DNA of 64,000 bases. Source: the human T2T-CHM13v2.0 reference genome, Homo sapiens. The notes under the pieces are model-generated. The model did no database searches and had not been told where the DNA came from. It saw only the letters and a program-made list of their open reading frames with translations. The DNA lies in the NCBI RefSeq assembly GCF_009914755.1, contig NC_060929.1, one strand, 5' to 3'. Position numbers and translations under genes: made by a program. Shown one piece after another: positions 1 through 15,590 of the stretch (position 1 is the first letter of the stretch; each line of letters starts with the position of its first letter).

Positions 1-227
1 TCAGAAGTTCAAGATCAGCCTCACCAACAGAGCAAAGCCCTTTCTCTACTAAAAATACAAAACAATTAGCCGGGCATGGTGGCATGAGCCTGTAGTCCCA
101 GCTACTTGGGAGGCTGAGGCAGAAGGATCACTTGAGGCAGAGGTTGCAGTGAGCCAAGATTCCACCACTGTACTCCAGCCTGGGTGACAGAGTGAGTCTT
201 CCGTCTCAAAAAAAAAAAAAAAAAAAA
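1..227 (+). mobile_element. Alu, probably AluJ, cut by the window start
   Basis: Alu linker (ctactaaaaatacaaa) and right arm ending in gtctc plus poly(A); ggcagaaggatcacttgag is J-like. Confidence 0.9.
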
Positions 228-242
228 GGTAATGATGGCAAG

Positions 243-262
243 TATATATATATATATATATA
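243..262. repeat. (TA)n microsatellite
   Basis: Direct TA run. Confidence 0.9.
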
Positions 263-1344
263 AATGTTATATCCATAATCAATCGAAAATGATTAAAAGT
301 AGGATTAAAAACTTTTTTTAAATTTCTTTTATGATATTGCTGGAAGGAAGCTAACTTATGAGGTCTGGAGACATTTACTTTTTGAAAGCTTTTGAAAGAA
401 AATATGGGAAAGTAAAGAACTGAATAGGAAATGGACCTAAAATAACTTGACTATTTTTAAAGCTGTCAATCCTTGATTTGGAGTTTCTTCTCTAAATGTA
501 TAGACATTCAGACTCCACAGATTAGTGATATATGGTGTGAGATACAAGTGATTACGCAGATGAAATGCCCCTGGTTGGGGTGCTGGCAAATTGCTGTGTT
601 TTTCAGCAGTAATTTTTGTCAGCTTCATTGATTTTAAAAATTGTCAAGAACTTGAATTTATAATACAGGTTTCTGTTTATATACTTTTTTGTTTTTTTGT
701 CTATAGAGTCATGGTACATTAGTTTGGGTTCTAGAGCCAAGAGAATTACTTTTAAATGATTTTTTAAAAATGCAAAATGTCATGTGCTTTGTTCTACAGA
801 AATGCAACTTTTCAGTTAACTAGCAATATGTATTACAGATATACTAATTAGTGATCTCTAATGACTAACACTGACTTGAATGACTGCTTAACCTTTTCAT
901 CTTGCCTAGTCCAGCACTAACTATGTATATTTACTCTCTTGGCAGGTTGTTTTCATAACTCTATGTGATATTAAATTGCTATCACCAGAGCATATATTTT
1001 GAACTAATCATAATACGATATAGTTCTACTAGACTTTAGACTTGACAAAATTCATTCATAAGCATGTTGTCATTTCATACTTATAACAGCCACATGAGAA
1101 AGTACGACATGTGGGACATTATCTGCCTCTTACTTACAGAGACCCTGGGACCACCTCTGTTTTGCCATCAGTTATTGGATAATGTGTGGATAGAACTTGA
1201 AGTCAGGGGATAGGCAATTCATTTTGATAGAATAAAGAGGGAGTACTTCCTCCTCTCCTCCTTCTTTACTACTCAATGTAATGTGATTATAAAACCAGAA
1301 ACTAGGTTTAAGAGAATCTTTTGAATTCAGAGAGAAAAAAGTCT

Positions 1345-2030
1345 GTGTATCAATTAAGAATCTTTGTTTCACAAGTAACCAAAACTTAACTCATGGTGAT
1401 CTAAAAATCAAAGGAATATATTGGCTTCTATAACTAAAAAGCCCAAAGACAGCACTGGATTCAAGGTTCAAATGATGAAATAATGAATCATCACTCATTT
1501 CCTCTGTCTTTGGATTGGTTCCGTTATCAAAAAAGACATCTCCTCTTTTAGTGACTCAACTCATACTTTTAAAAGAGCATTCTATATCTTAAAGAGTAAG
1601 TACTCTTTCCACACAGTGGAAAGAGTACAAGTGGAAAGAGTACAAGACTGGCAGTAAGGAAACCTGGTCTCTATTCTCAAGTCATCACTGGCTTTGTGAG
1701 TTCCCTCTGTCAGAGCGGTCAGAGAAGTGAGTTAGCTAGAATTACATCATTCCATATTGAAATCTAAAATGTGTGTGTGTGTGTGTGGCAGAGGGTGCAC
1801 CTTGGTCCTCACAACTCCAGAAAAGGAGTTTTCTCCGTTTGGGATCACACATTTCACAGGGTCACCCAAGAAGCAACGTGGAGGCTTGAGCAATGGAGTG
1901 CCACCTGTGAGTCTACACCACCTGAACTATGGAATGAATGACAGGACAACTTGAAATAGGGGGCTATTCTTAGAAGTAGAGTAAATGAATTCTAGATGGT
2001 CCTGTATCCAAGAAGTAGTCAGTATGCAAC
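1345..2030 (-). mobile_element. Old MLT1-type (MaLR) LTR remnant
   Basis: caagtaaccaaaacttaactc...aaaggaatatattggct...aactaaaaagccc...ctggattcaagg resembles reverse MLT1J/K/L; highly diverged. Confidence 0.55.
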
Positions 2031-2585
2031 ATTACATTCACTGATCCTCTAAAAATCAAACCTCTAATCTCAATCTTTTTAGTGCCATGAGCTAATCGCC
2101 TTGGCTGACTGTTCACAGAACCAGAATTCATCTTTCTGCTTTTCTCTCATAAGGACTCCCCAGTCACAAGATGCCCAAAGGGGAACTGGGCTACTCCAGA
2201 TGGCTTTGATCCATGCCAGTACTCTTCATTATGTAAACTTTCCTTCTGACAGCTCACGCGGAACATGTCACATCTTGAAAGAGGAGTTTTCATTAACTAC
2301 TTTGCTTCTGCCAAATGGAATCAGTGCATTATGTGGCCCCCTGCCAGACGTCAGAGAGGGATGTTCCTTCTGTCTGCAGCACCCGCCTGGCTCCCACATT
2401 CAAGCTGGAGTCTCCTGTTTTTCCAAGATCAATACATGTTGCACCTTACATGGAGGAAGGTCTCTTGACCACTGGAACAGAGGAAGTTTCCATAGCCTCA
2501 GTAGAATAGAATCTAGGTTTTCTGACAAGAAGTGTTGTGCTCTTTCCACTGTGTAGTGCTTAATCTTTAAAACCCCAAATTTGCT

Positions 2586-2586
<1 letters not shown>

Positions 2587-2622
<36 letters not shown>
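2587..2622. repeat. (CA)n microsatellite
   Basis: Direct CA run. Confidence 0.95.
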
Positions 2623-2625
<3 letters not shown>

Positions 2626-2699
2626 ACTTAGCCACCATCTCTGCTTCCCTCCCTTACCTCACTGACATATGTGGTCAGTCAGGATGTTCTATCTACTTT

Positions 2700-3250
2700 A
2701 ACTCTTAAGTACTTCTAAATATCTTTACTTGAAAAAAAGTCTTCACTATCTAGGCCACCATCATTATTCTCCTGGCTATTATAAAGTACCTTAAGTGGAT
2801 TCTCTGCTCACAGAAGACATAGAAAGTTGTCTAATGTAAAAATTGATCAGTTCCTTTCTTAAAACTTTTTGATGGCTCTTAAGACTTTTGTCTCAATGCT
2901 CAATCTAGTATAAAGTTTCCTCCACTGCTTTCTGGCCCACACCCTGGGCCCATTCTCCAATACAGCGAGCCACTTTCTGATTTCTTTGAAAGAGCCTGTT
3001 CTCCTTTTTTTCACCTGAAGATCTTTGCACATGACACTGCCCTTATTTGGAATGTTACACACCCTCCCATCATCACTACCTTCAATTTAATAATGTCTAC
3101 TCATTCTTTTGCTCTCAGCTTAGAGGTCTCTCATTCTGTTAAATGTTCCCTCATTTCTCAATCTGGTTTCGGTGCCTCTGCTATTTGCCTCCATAGCCTC
3201 TTATACTGTTTTATCCCTGCTCACCGTGCTGTCTGTTTTATCAGCCTCTT
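2700..3250 (+). mobile_element. L2 fragments
   Basis: gccaccatcatt...ctggctatt, tttgcacatg..., gctctcagcttagaggtc resemble the L2 3' region. Confidence 0.5.
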
Positions 3251-3261
3251 TGTGTTCACAC

Positions 3262-3263
<2 letters not shown>

Positions 3264-3316
<53 letters not shown>
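3264..3316. repeat. (CA)n microsatellite
   Basis: About 26 CA units. Confidence 0.95.
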
Positions 3317-3318
<2 letters not shown>

Positions 3319-3737
3319 CCCCCTCACTGTAAGGATTTCCTGAGTTTACTGCAGACCTGGAAGTTGTAGAGAAGGAATATGTGGCACAACAGGAAGCTTT
3401 TCCTCTCACAGATCCTGCTTCTTATCTCCCCTTCATGGCACTTTGGACCAAAATGAAGAGCCTTCTTCACAAAAACCCTAGCCTCCATCAAAGGCTATTG
3501 TATTTATCAATTGCCTGTTTTTTTTTTTCTTTGATAATCAGTTTTCCTTTAGTTTCCACATAAAGCATTTCTTCTGGTGAATGTGTAGCGCAAGTCTAAT
3601 CCTCTTTTACCTAAAACCATTCTTTTTCTCCTCAATTTCTTCATTCAAACAGATGTATGATAATTATTCATAGAGTTCAAGTCCCAGGGGTAGTTCATGT
3701 TTAAATAGAAATGGACTCCTTAAAAAAAGATACTGAA

Positions 3738-4368
<631 letters not shown>

Positions 4369-4580
4369 TCAGGAGACATCCTAAGAATGGCTAGGATGTT
4401 GTGGTGAACATCCTAGCCATTCTTAGAAAGTCTCTGGAAATTTTATTAAATCCCCTAGAATCTTGCCTTGTTAGCACCTAGTCAGGGTCCAAAAGCCTCA
4501 GGGTTAGAAAGAAATTTCAATGCCATATTTGTGATTCTGTGACTCATTCTTCTCCAAAGTTCTTTATAGATCTAAATATT

Positions 4581-4604
4581 TGTGTGTGTGTGTGTGTGTG
4601 TGTG
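4581..4604. repeat. (TG)n microsatellite
   Basis: Direct TG run. Confidence 0.9.
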
Positions 4605-4629
4605 CATGTTTGGTGCATGTTTGCGTGTG

Positions 4630-5270
4630 TACCACCCTGATTTAAGTCACTATTAGTTCTCCACTAGATCAAGTAAATAACCTGTTCCTTTTTCTTCTCT
4701 ATTTGATTCTCAACATGTCATAGCTGGAATGATATATTTACAAAACTGGTCATTATGAGTGAAAGCCAAAGTGCTTTGGATGGCCCTGAGGGACTTTCCT
4801 CTATCACTATGCTGATCTCTCCTCTTATTCTTGCCCTCTCACCCATTTTACTCCAGCCACACTGTCCCCCTTGTGCCTCACACATGCGAGGCTTTCTCCC
4901 TCTTCATAACCTTCTCAGTGGCTATCCTTGGCCATGCATGCTCCACTCCCCCACCTCTTTTCCCATGATTGGTTCATTCCTTCTTCAAGTTTTTGCTTCA
5001 GTGCCACTTTCTACATGAGATCTTCCTTGACCACCCTACTTAAAATCACAACTTTCTCACAGCATTTCTGATTACCTATCTCTGGGCTGTTTTTTTTCCC
5101 CCATAGTTCTTGTCTAATCTACAATGAATTATCTGCTTATTCGGTTTATTATCTACCTCCTTTAGAAAGGGTGAAGTCTTGATGAAGGCGTGGTTGTCTG
5201 GCTGTGTCCTCACTGACATGTGTCTGTCAGCTAGAACAAGCGCTCAACAAATACTGGTTGAATAAATGAT
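4630..5270 (+). mobile_element. L2 3' end
   Basis: tactccagccacactg, cttccttgaccaccctacttaaaat, terminal ctcaacaaatactggttgaataaatga. Confidence 0.75.
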
Positions 5271-5849
5271 TATGCCTACTTTATACCTCTACTAATTTAT
5301 TAGCTTTTTGAGAGTTTATAAAATTCTAGGCCAAACTGTAAACTTCCAGTTGGTTCTAGCCAAAGATAACAACTATTCTTATATTATCCAATTTATGTTT
5401 AAAATTGACATTCTGTTTCAAAAGCACATCTCACAAAGTTCTTAAGCTCATTTGTTATTTGCCACCTGCCACCCACCACCCATTCTCCCTACCTCATGGT
5501 ATTCCTGGTTTCTAACATGACCTTCATTGGTTTCAATCAGTCTCATCTTCCCATCTTGCATCATAGCATGTTCAGGTCTGACTTTACATCTTTTCCTTAG
5601 ATACGTTTTGAAAACGGACTCTCTCTCCCCTTTCCAACAGTTCCCCATTTATCTAGCAATACCAACTTTATAGAATACAGCCATAATTAGAAGGGTAAAA
5701 AAATTAGTTTTTTGACCATTATGAATAGATGCCAGAGTTTATTATTAAATCTGATGTATTTAGTTCATAGAAGTGACGAGTCACTATATACACAAACTTG
5801 CATGTTTAGAGCTCCTTTATTCTCATTATATGTGATTCCAAAATATTTC

Positions 5850-6290
5850 ATACCAACCAAAAATCTAGTGGCTAAAATCAACAACAGCTAGTTATTTTCA
5901 ATGAATCTGTGGGTTTACTGGACTCAGCTGGTTGGTTCTGCCTTACATGGTATAGGCTAAGGTCACTCAAGTGGCTGCATTTAACAGGGGGATCAGGGAT
6001 GGGGCTGCAGTGTCCAAGACAGCCTTTCATCTTCTGAGGCCTGCCTCTTGTCCTGGGCCTCTCATTATTTAGTAGTTTGTTCTGAGGTGCTTTACAGCAT
6101 GGAGGTTGGGTTTTTAGAGTGGAAGTGAAACTGTCAGACCTATTAAGGGCTAGGCCCAGAACCAGCATAGCATCACCTCTGAAGCATTCTTTTGGTCAAA
6201 GAAAGTCATAAGGCTGATCCAGATTCAAGTAGATCCACTTATTAATGGGAGGAATTGTTGGCAATTATATTTGCAGATGAACTACCATGA
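5850..6290 (-). mobile_element. MLT1 (MaLR) LTR
   Basis: aaaatctagtggctaaaa..., gaatctgtgggt, ggtcaaagaaagtcataaggctgatccagattcaag are reverse MLT1 hallmarks. Confidence 0.7.
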
Positions 6291-7289
6291 CTTTTTCTTA
6301 GAACTTAGAAGATAAGGAGCAGCAATTCAGAATGTGGGGCTGAAGGCAGGGACACAAACATTCACAGAGACTTTGGCTAATCAAATAGTGTGTATCTGAA
6401 TGAGTGTATATGTGCGTGGGTGACTGGTGGTCTTTAAACAAAATACATATAGATGTATAAAAGACTCAACATTTCCAGCAGTATTCATATCTTGTGGGAT
6501 ATATAACATGAAGGCAAAAAGCATGATGATCCCCAAGAGAATTAATGTATCATAGCCTATCATGTAATTGATATGCATATTAAAAAGGAGGTTTATCTAA
6601 TTGCATGTATACCCAATTTAAATAGCTGAGAAAATGTTTTTTGTAGAAATTTTGCAGAACAAAAGGCTGCATTATTTTCTGAAGTTTTGGGATCCAAAGG
6701 ATAAATTTTAATTATTTAAAAATAACTTATGGACAATGATCTATTTCCCATCCATATCAGAAAAGAGTCTTCCTTATAATTTCTTCAAAGTTGATTCTTT
6801 TTATGCATAAGTCTGCATACACAATAGGTGTTTGGTAAATGCTTGCTGATTAAAATCAGGCCATAGATGAAAACTAGAGAAATGTGATGTTATCTTTGTA
6901 TCCAAAGGCAGATTTTCTTTCCCATAAAGGTTAATTTTAAAGCTTCTAAAAATATGAACAATAGACTTTTTTCTTTTCATAGCAGCGATAATGGTACCTG
7001 AGTGAATTAATTACCTTTTTGTTCCCATTAGCTAGTGGCAAGTACGCAGGGCCAACAGCACAGAGCAAAGGAAGTTATATTAGTCATGGTTTTCTTGCAG
7101 ATCATGAAAAAGAAAATTGGGTTAATGAGAGGGCATGGGGATTGAATACCAGAGCCCATGGTGGAGTGCACTGAAGATAGAGGCTTAGACAATGAGTAAT
7201 TGGATGGGGAGGAAAATGCATATTCTGAGAAATCAAGGGGTAATTGAGCAAATTTCAAAGAAATAGAGGTAAAACTAAAAAGGTTCTGC

Positions 7290-8735
<1,446 letters not shown>

Positions 8736-8904
8736 GAAGGTAACTTCTCCCAAGAAGGTAGTCTTTACTTTAGAGAATGTGACTTAGCCCTTGATGGTTG
8801 CCCTCTTCAACCATTAAGGAATGCCAAGTATTTAAACTAATACCTATGTCTATAGAATATGCATTCTTTCAGAATGAGCTTAAGAGTCTCTAACTCCCAC
8901 CTCA

Positions 8905-9321
<417 letters not shown>

Positions 9322-9339
9322 CTACAAAAAAATTGAAAA

Positions 9340-10322
<983 letters not shown>

Positions 10323-10324
10323 AA

Positions 10325-10481
10325 GCCAGGCATGGTGGCATGCACCTGTAATCTCAGCTACTCAGGAGGCTGTGGTGGGAGGATCACTTGAACCGGGTGT
10401 TGGAGTCTGCAGTGAGTTATGATCGTGCTGCTGCACTCCAGCCTGGGTGACAGAGTGAGATCCTGTATCTAAAACAAAAAA
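10325..10481 (+). mobile_element. AluJ right arm or free monomer
   Basis: gccaggcatggtgg...ggaggatcacttga...gtgagttatgatc...A tail. Confidence 0.85.
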
Positions 10482-12789
10482 GAATACAGCTTCTGAAACC
10501 AGAAAGATTTACCTAAATCCTGGATTCATAATTGGCCAAGTGCTTTCCCTTGAGTCCATGACATCCTCTCTAAACCTCGGGCTTCACAGTAGTGAGTTGC
10601 GGGATAGGGAGGAAGGATAGGTAGTATTTATATCATAAGGGGATTAAATAAAGTAGTGCAAGTAAAGTACTTAGAGTATCTGGCCCATATTTGTTCCTCT
10701 GTAAAAGTTATTTTTCATTTCTGTTCCACAAATATTCAACACTATCGTTCCAATGAAATAGCATACTCAAAAGTATTTTGCATCCTTTCTTAGATGCTTG
10801 CAATAATAGTTCTCTGTAGGAATTACCATTGTTTTTAGTTTTCTGATAAGATGACGAAGACTCAAGCTCTGTGTTTCTTCTCTTGCTGTTTCTTTTTCAG
10901 GAAAAAAACATGAAATTTTCTGTTGGCAACAAGTCTTGCTAGTCAGAGCTGGCCTGGGACAAGATAGTGCATGAATCACCCTTTGTTTTTGTCCTCTTAC
11001 CCCTATTCATGGCACCTCCACTCCTAGATGTCAAGGAATTGCATGCTATTTCCAGAATCTTCACTTGCTGAAGGGAAGACTCTGACAGCAGTCATCTGTA
11101 CCTTGGGAAGATGGCCTTTGAGTTCTCTCAAGGGTTTTAAACTTAGACTCTGAGGGCATTAGGACTTTTCCCACCAAAATGAATTCCTGGCATCAGGGAG
11201 CCAGGTACAAGGGGAGTCTAGAATCATTAAAGTTCATGATGTGTTGACAAGCTATTATTTCCTACCTACACAGGTAGGCATCCCTTTTTCTAAGTATCTC
11301 AAGGCCAGGGGAAAATTCAGATCATTCCGTAGCTACAATTTTATTAGGGAAAGAGCCTGAAATACTTAGACATGAATAGATTTTCATGGAATGTGGGAAG
11401 GTCATAGAATCGAGGACTGGAAAAGGATTACTGTAGTCTAATCTTAGGACAGAAATTTATTCTGAGGTCCAGAGGCAAAATACACTGTGCTTAAAGTCAG
11501 ACAGAGTCAATGTCAATCTGTGTTAGAGTCCAGAACCCCCTAGCCCAGGAGCTGGGGATTCCACATCTGCAATTTAACATCATTGATTACAAAACCCTAA
11601 CTTCCCTTTGGAATGGTTTAAAATTACTGGGACTGAGAATAATATGCTTGTCTCTTCTTTTAAAAAAGACTTCCTAAAGCTTTAGTCTCATTCCCTCCAT
11701 AGGTGACCCTGCATGAATACAAAAGTCTAGTGTTTTTGTTTTATAAAGAACACTGAAAGTTAGGGAGCCCCTAGCCCTGCTCGGCTCCAAATAGCTGCTT
11801 GGAGCTGGATACTGGCCAAGGACCTGTCACTCTCTGTTTGCATGCTGTTCGGGCCATCCTGCTTTCAGCACAAAAGCAAAAGGCCGTGGAAATGTGGATG
11901 CATTTGGAGATTCATTTCACATTATTGAAGCAAGGCTGGAGTCAACAACCTGAATTTAATTACTGTTCTGACAGCTGGGAGACAATTAATCCTTCTCTCA
12001 CTCCTCCTCCTTCTGCCCCAGCGTCAAAGTGTCATTTCTTTTTTTCCCTCCCTCTCATACTAATTAGAAACATGCTGTAGAGTGAAAGGTGACTAGTGTG
12101 AAGCTAAAACAGTGTCACCAAAGCCCCTTTCATAGAAAAGAGAGCTCACGGTTGGAAGAAGTTGGTCCCCAACACAGGAGCATCTGCTTCTAAGTCAGGG
12201 AAGAAGAACGGGGTGTGGAGCTGGCCCTGAGGCCTGACTGCATCTCTGCTACTCACCGGCTCCATAACTTGGGCAAGCCACATCATCTCTCCATTCATAT
12301 TTCTACTTCTGGGAGTCAAGGGCTCCCAACTTTTCTACTGCTCAGTTGTATAAGGGGAAGCAATAAAAGTGACTGTCATTAGAATAGTAAAAGCATCATT
12401 CTAGTATAGGACATAGAGATATGAAAAATGGCTCCCTTCAGATACAGCCATGAACTGGACCTGGAGAGCAAGGATCCTGAAATTCACAGGATGCAAACTT
12501 CTTAATGTATTTAAAGGTGGGGGTAAGTTTTTATACACTGTTCTTACTTGGCAAGCTGTCCCCTTCTCTTCACAACACCTCCTTAGCTGCAGTGCCAGGC
12601 TCTGCCTCAGCACCAGGGCCTGCTTCATGACAGTGAAGAGAGAGAGATTCCAACACCCAAGATCAAGGGTAAGAGGTCCCATGTTGCTTGCTTCGTGGAT
12701 CCCTCCAATGCAGCATTGAGCTTTCTGTTGTTTGTCCTAGGTGTCAGATTTGCTAGATATTTACGTTAATACGTAGAAAAAGTTTAATC

Positions 12790-12915
12790 ATTTTGATGTT
12801 CAGGGTAGGGGAGATTAATCATCCCAGGAGAGCTGCAGAGCCAAAGTGACTTTTCCAAGTCACTGGCTAGTTAGTTCTCAAAATGGGGCTGTAATGCAAA
12901 CTTTCCAAATCCCAG
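12790..12915 (-). mobile_element. MIR fragment
   Basis: aagtgacttttccaagtcac...gctagttagt core. Confidence 0.5.
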
Positions 12916-13418
12916 TAGGAATCTTAAGTTGGTAATTAAGCTCCTCCATCCTTCCTTTTTCCTATTTAAAGATGATTATGGCCCCAAGTCTCATTACATT
13001 GACTGAATAGCTCTTTCCATATGTAAGCTACTTGTAGACACACAAATAATAATTCAGCTTATAATGCAACCTTCTTTTCTCTAAGCGCTTTTGATCCATC
13101 TGGGCTGCATTTCTTACCCAAATCAGCATGGATTTTTTTTTCCCTGAAATTGGCACTTTCTGGAAAACAGAGGCCAACTGTAGATGAAATGTCCCTACTT
13201 GGGTCATTGTGGTTGAGTCTTTTCATAAATGGCAGATGTAACAAGATGTGTGAGAGGGAAAAGATAATATCTGAGAAATATATTAGCTCCCTATTAAAAT
13301 GAGGGGCAGATTATTCTCTTGTCTTCTTCTGTCTTTACTGTTGACTAACCATGTGACGACAGCCCTTTCCCCTCTCTAAACTTCAGGTTTCATTCTTTAA
13401 AATATGGGGAACTAAATA

Positions 13419-13740
13419 GGTCAGAATGGCAAATAAAATTTCTGCAGGCTGAATTTTGGTCTCTGACCTGCTTTGTTTGGCCTGCATAGAAACAAAGTAT
13501 GCTTTGAAAAACCAGGAAACATATAAATTCCAGAGTTTTGACTTCTTTTAGTATATTTGCAGAGCTGGCAAAGGCATGTGCTCATTCCCACCTAAAAACA
13601 ATGATCCAGTTCTGAGTTGTGGCTACTCTCACAAGATAGGGCATTACTTGCTCCTTGGTTTATCATGGTCTCACCTCCAAACCAGATCACAAGTGTGTGT
13701 TATCTGCCTGGTTCATGAATAAGGGACACCTGGAATAGGT
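13419..13740. mobile_element. hAT-Charlie MER-like DNA transposon relic
   Basis: tggcaaat...tgtttggcctgca...ctggcaa...cattcccac...ctgagttgtggct resembles MER102-type sequence; a related piece lies near 17010-17350. Confidence 0.45.
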
Positions 13741-14662
13741 CATCCTTAGTTTCCTTTCAACTCTGCCTTCACAATTTAATAACTCCTCTCCCCACCACCA
13801 TAAAATCCTTCATCTTAAAGGCAAAGAAGGAGTGTGACACTGTGCATCTGTGATGGCCCTGACTCTACCACTCATTATGGCCTGGAAGATTTTACTGCTT
13901 TTGTGTGTTCTGACTCCATATGGGATCACATTCTCAGGGGCAGTGTCCAAAATGATCTGGATGTGACATACTTTGAACTAAGATCATAGATTTTGGGGCT
14001 ACCATTTTATTGCCTGAGGGCCATTTTAGGCAGATCTGATCAAGGTAGTAATGATAGTAGTATTGATTATGCTATTAATAATATTGCCTATAATATTAAA
14101 TGAAGAGTAATATTTTTCAATATTAACTAACATTATTGAACCCAGCCATGAGCCAGTCACCATAAGTGTAGCATCAGTATGGGGATGGTAGGCATCCTCA
14201 TGTGCTCCCAAAAGAGCTAGTACAACATCTAAATGTGCTCCTATGATATACTAAAGAAGGGAAAAATAGGATGACTCGGAATGTGCCAAACCCTTGAAAA
14301 GAACACAAAAGTACAATGTGAAATGAAAGTCACAGTTCTATTTGTTCTGCAGTATTGTGAATATCACATTTTTACCTTCTAGATAAAAATGAAAAGCAAG
14401 TGTACAAGGAACAATGGTTTATGGAGCAACTCCCTGTTGCCCCCCAGAATGATGGTCCCCTTTCACTGCCTGAAACACCTCTGACACTTGCTTACCTGAG
14501 CATTTTACTTTTGGATCCTCTTAATATCACCACAAACCTACAAGTTAATGTTATAATATTCATCAAAAAGAGGAGAGTATGGAGACTTAGATTAAGTGAC
14601 TTGCACATGCCACAGAGCTAAAATGTGGGTCATCCTGACTTTGCAACCCAAAGTCCATACTC

Positions 14663-14955
14663 TTTTTTTTTTTTTTTTTAAGATAGTCTCTCTCTGTCAC
14701 CCAGGCGGGAGTGCAGTGGTGCAATCTCATCTCACTGCAACCTCTGCCTCCTGAGTTCAAGCAATTCTCATGTCTCTCCTAAGTAGCTGGGACTGCAGGT
14801 GTGCACCACCACAAGTGGTTAATTTTTGTATTTTTAATAGAGATAGGATTTTGCCATGTTGGCTAGGCTGGTCTCAAATTCCTGGCCTCAAGTGATCCAC
14901 CCACCTTGGCTTCCCAAATTGTTGGGGTTACAGGCATGAGCCACCGCTCCAGGTC
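14663..14955 (-). mobile_element. Alu (J/S) inserted in a MIR
   Basis: Poly(T) plus reverse Alu; TSD aagtccatactc at 14651 and 14958. Confidence 0.9.
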
Positions 14956-15199
14956 TGAAGTCCATACTCCTGATCACAACCGCATTCTGCCACCACTACC
15001 ATTGAAAGGGTTTGACTTCATGGTCTCGTGGAGTCCTTCCAACACAGTCTATGATCTAGGGTGGCGGAATGGCATAGTGGTGATAGCATGACTTCTTGCC
15101 TTATTTTCTACATCTGTAATGAGGATTAAGTATGAACCTGTCACTCTATTTTGCAATCAGTTAAACTCAAGTCATAATCATTATTAACATATGTATCCC

Positions 15200-15330
15200 C
15201 AGTGTTCATGAAACAATCACTACAAGGGCAAAGACTGTTTCTATTTTTCCCATCGATATTCCCAATGCCCAGAAAAATTCTTCACATTTAGTAGGCAATC
15301 AGTAAATGTTTGTTGAGTGAATGTATGTTT
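15200..15330 (+). mobile_element. L2 3' end
   Basis: agggcaaagactgt...tagtaggcaatcagtaaatgtttgttgagtgaatg. Confidence 0.65.
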
Positions 15331-15571
15331 CTTTGATAAACAAATGAAAGATTTGGTAAAATGGAAGACCATGCTCCTCTAAAAGGAGGAATGGGTGCTT
15401 TTGAGATTTTCACTTTGACAAACAAGCTGACTACTGGAACTTACTGCAGTGCCATGTAAGCAGGGAAAAACGGCTTTATAAATCAGCACCATCAATCACA
15501 CCAAATACCCTGTTTGGGGCCCCATTTCCAAGCTGTTGCTCTTACCTTGGACATGCTCCTGTGGCCTCTTG

Positions 15572-15590
15572 TGACCACGAGGGGGCACTG
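15572..15590 (+). promoter_or_regulatory. Candidate CTCF binding site
   Basis: tgaccacgagggggcactg matches the CTCF core TGGCCACCAGGGGGCGCTA at 15 of 19 positions, in unique sequence. Confidence 0.65.

Noticed and set aside
2101-2556. 151-aa ORF with overlapping ORFs in other frames
   Set aside because: TTG start, no homology I can recognise, no supported splice structure.
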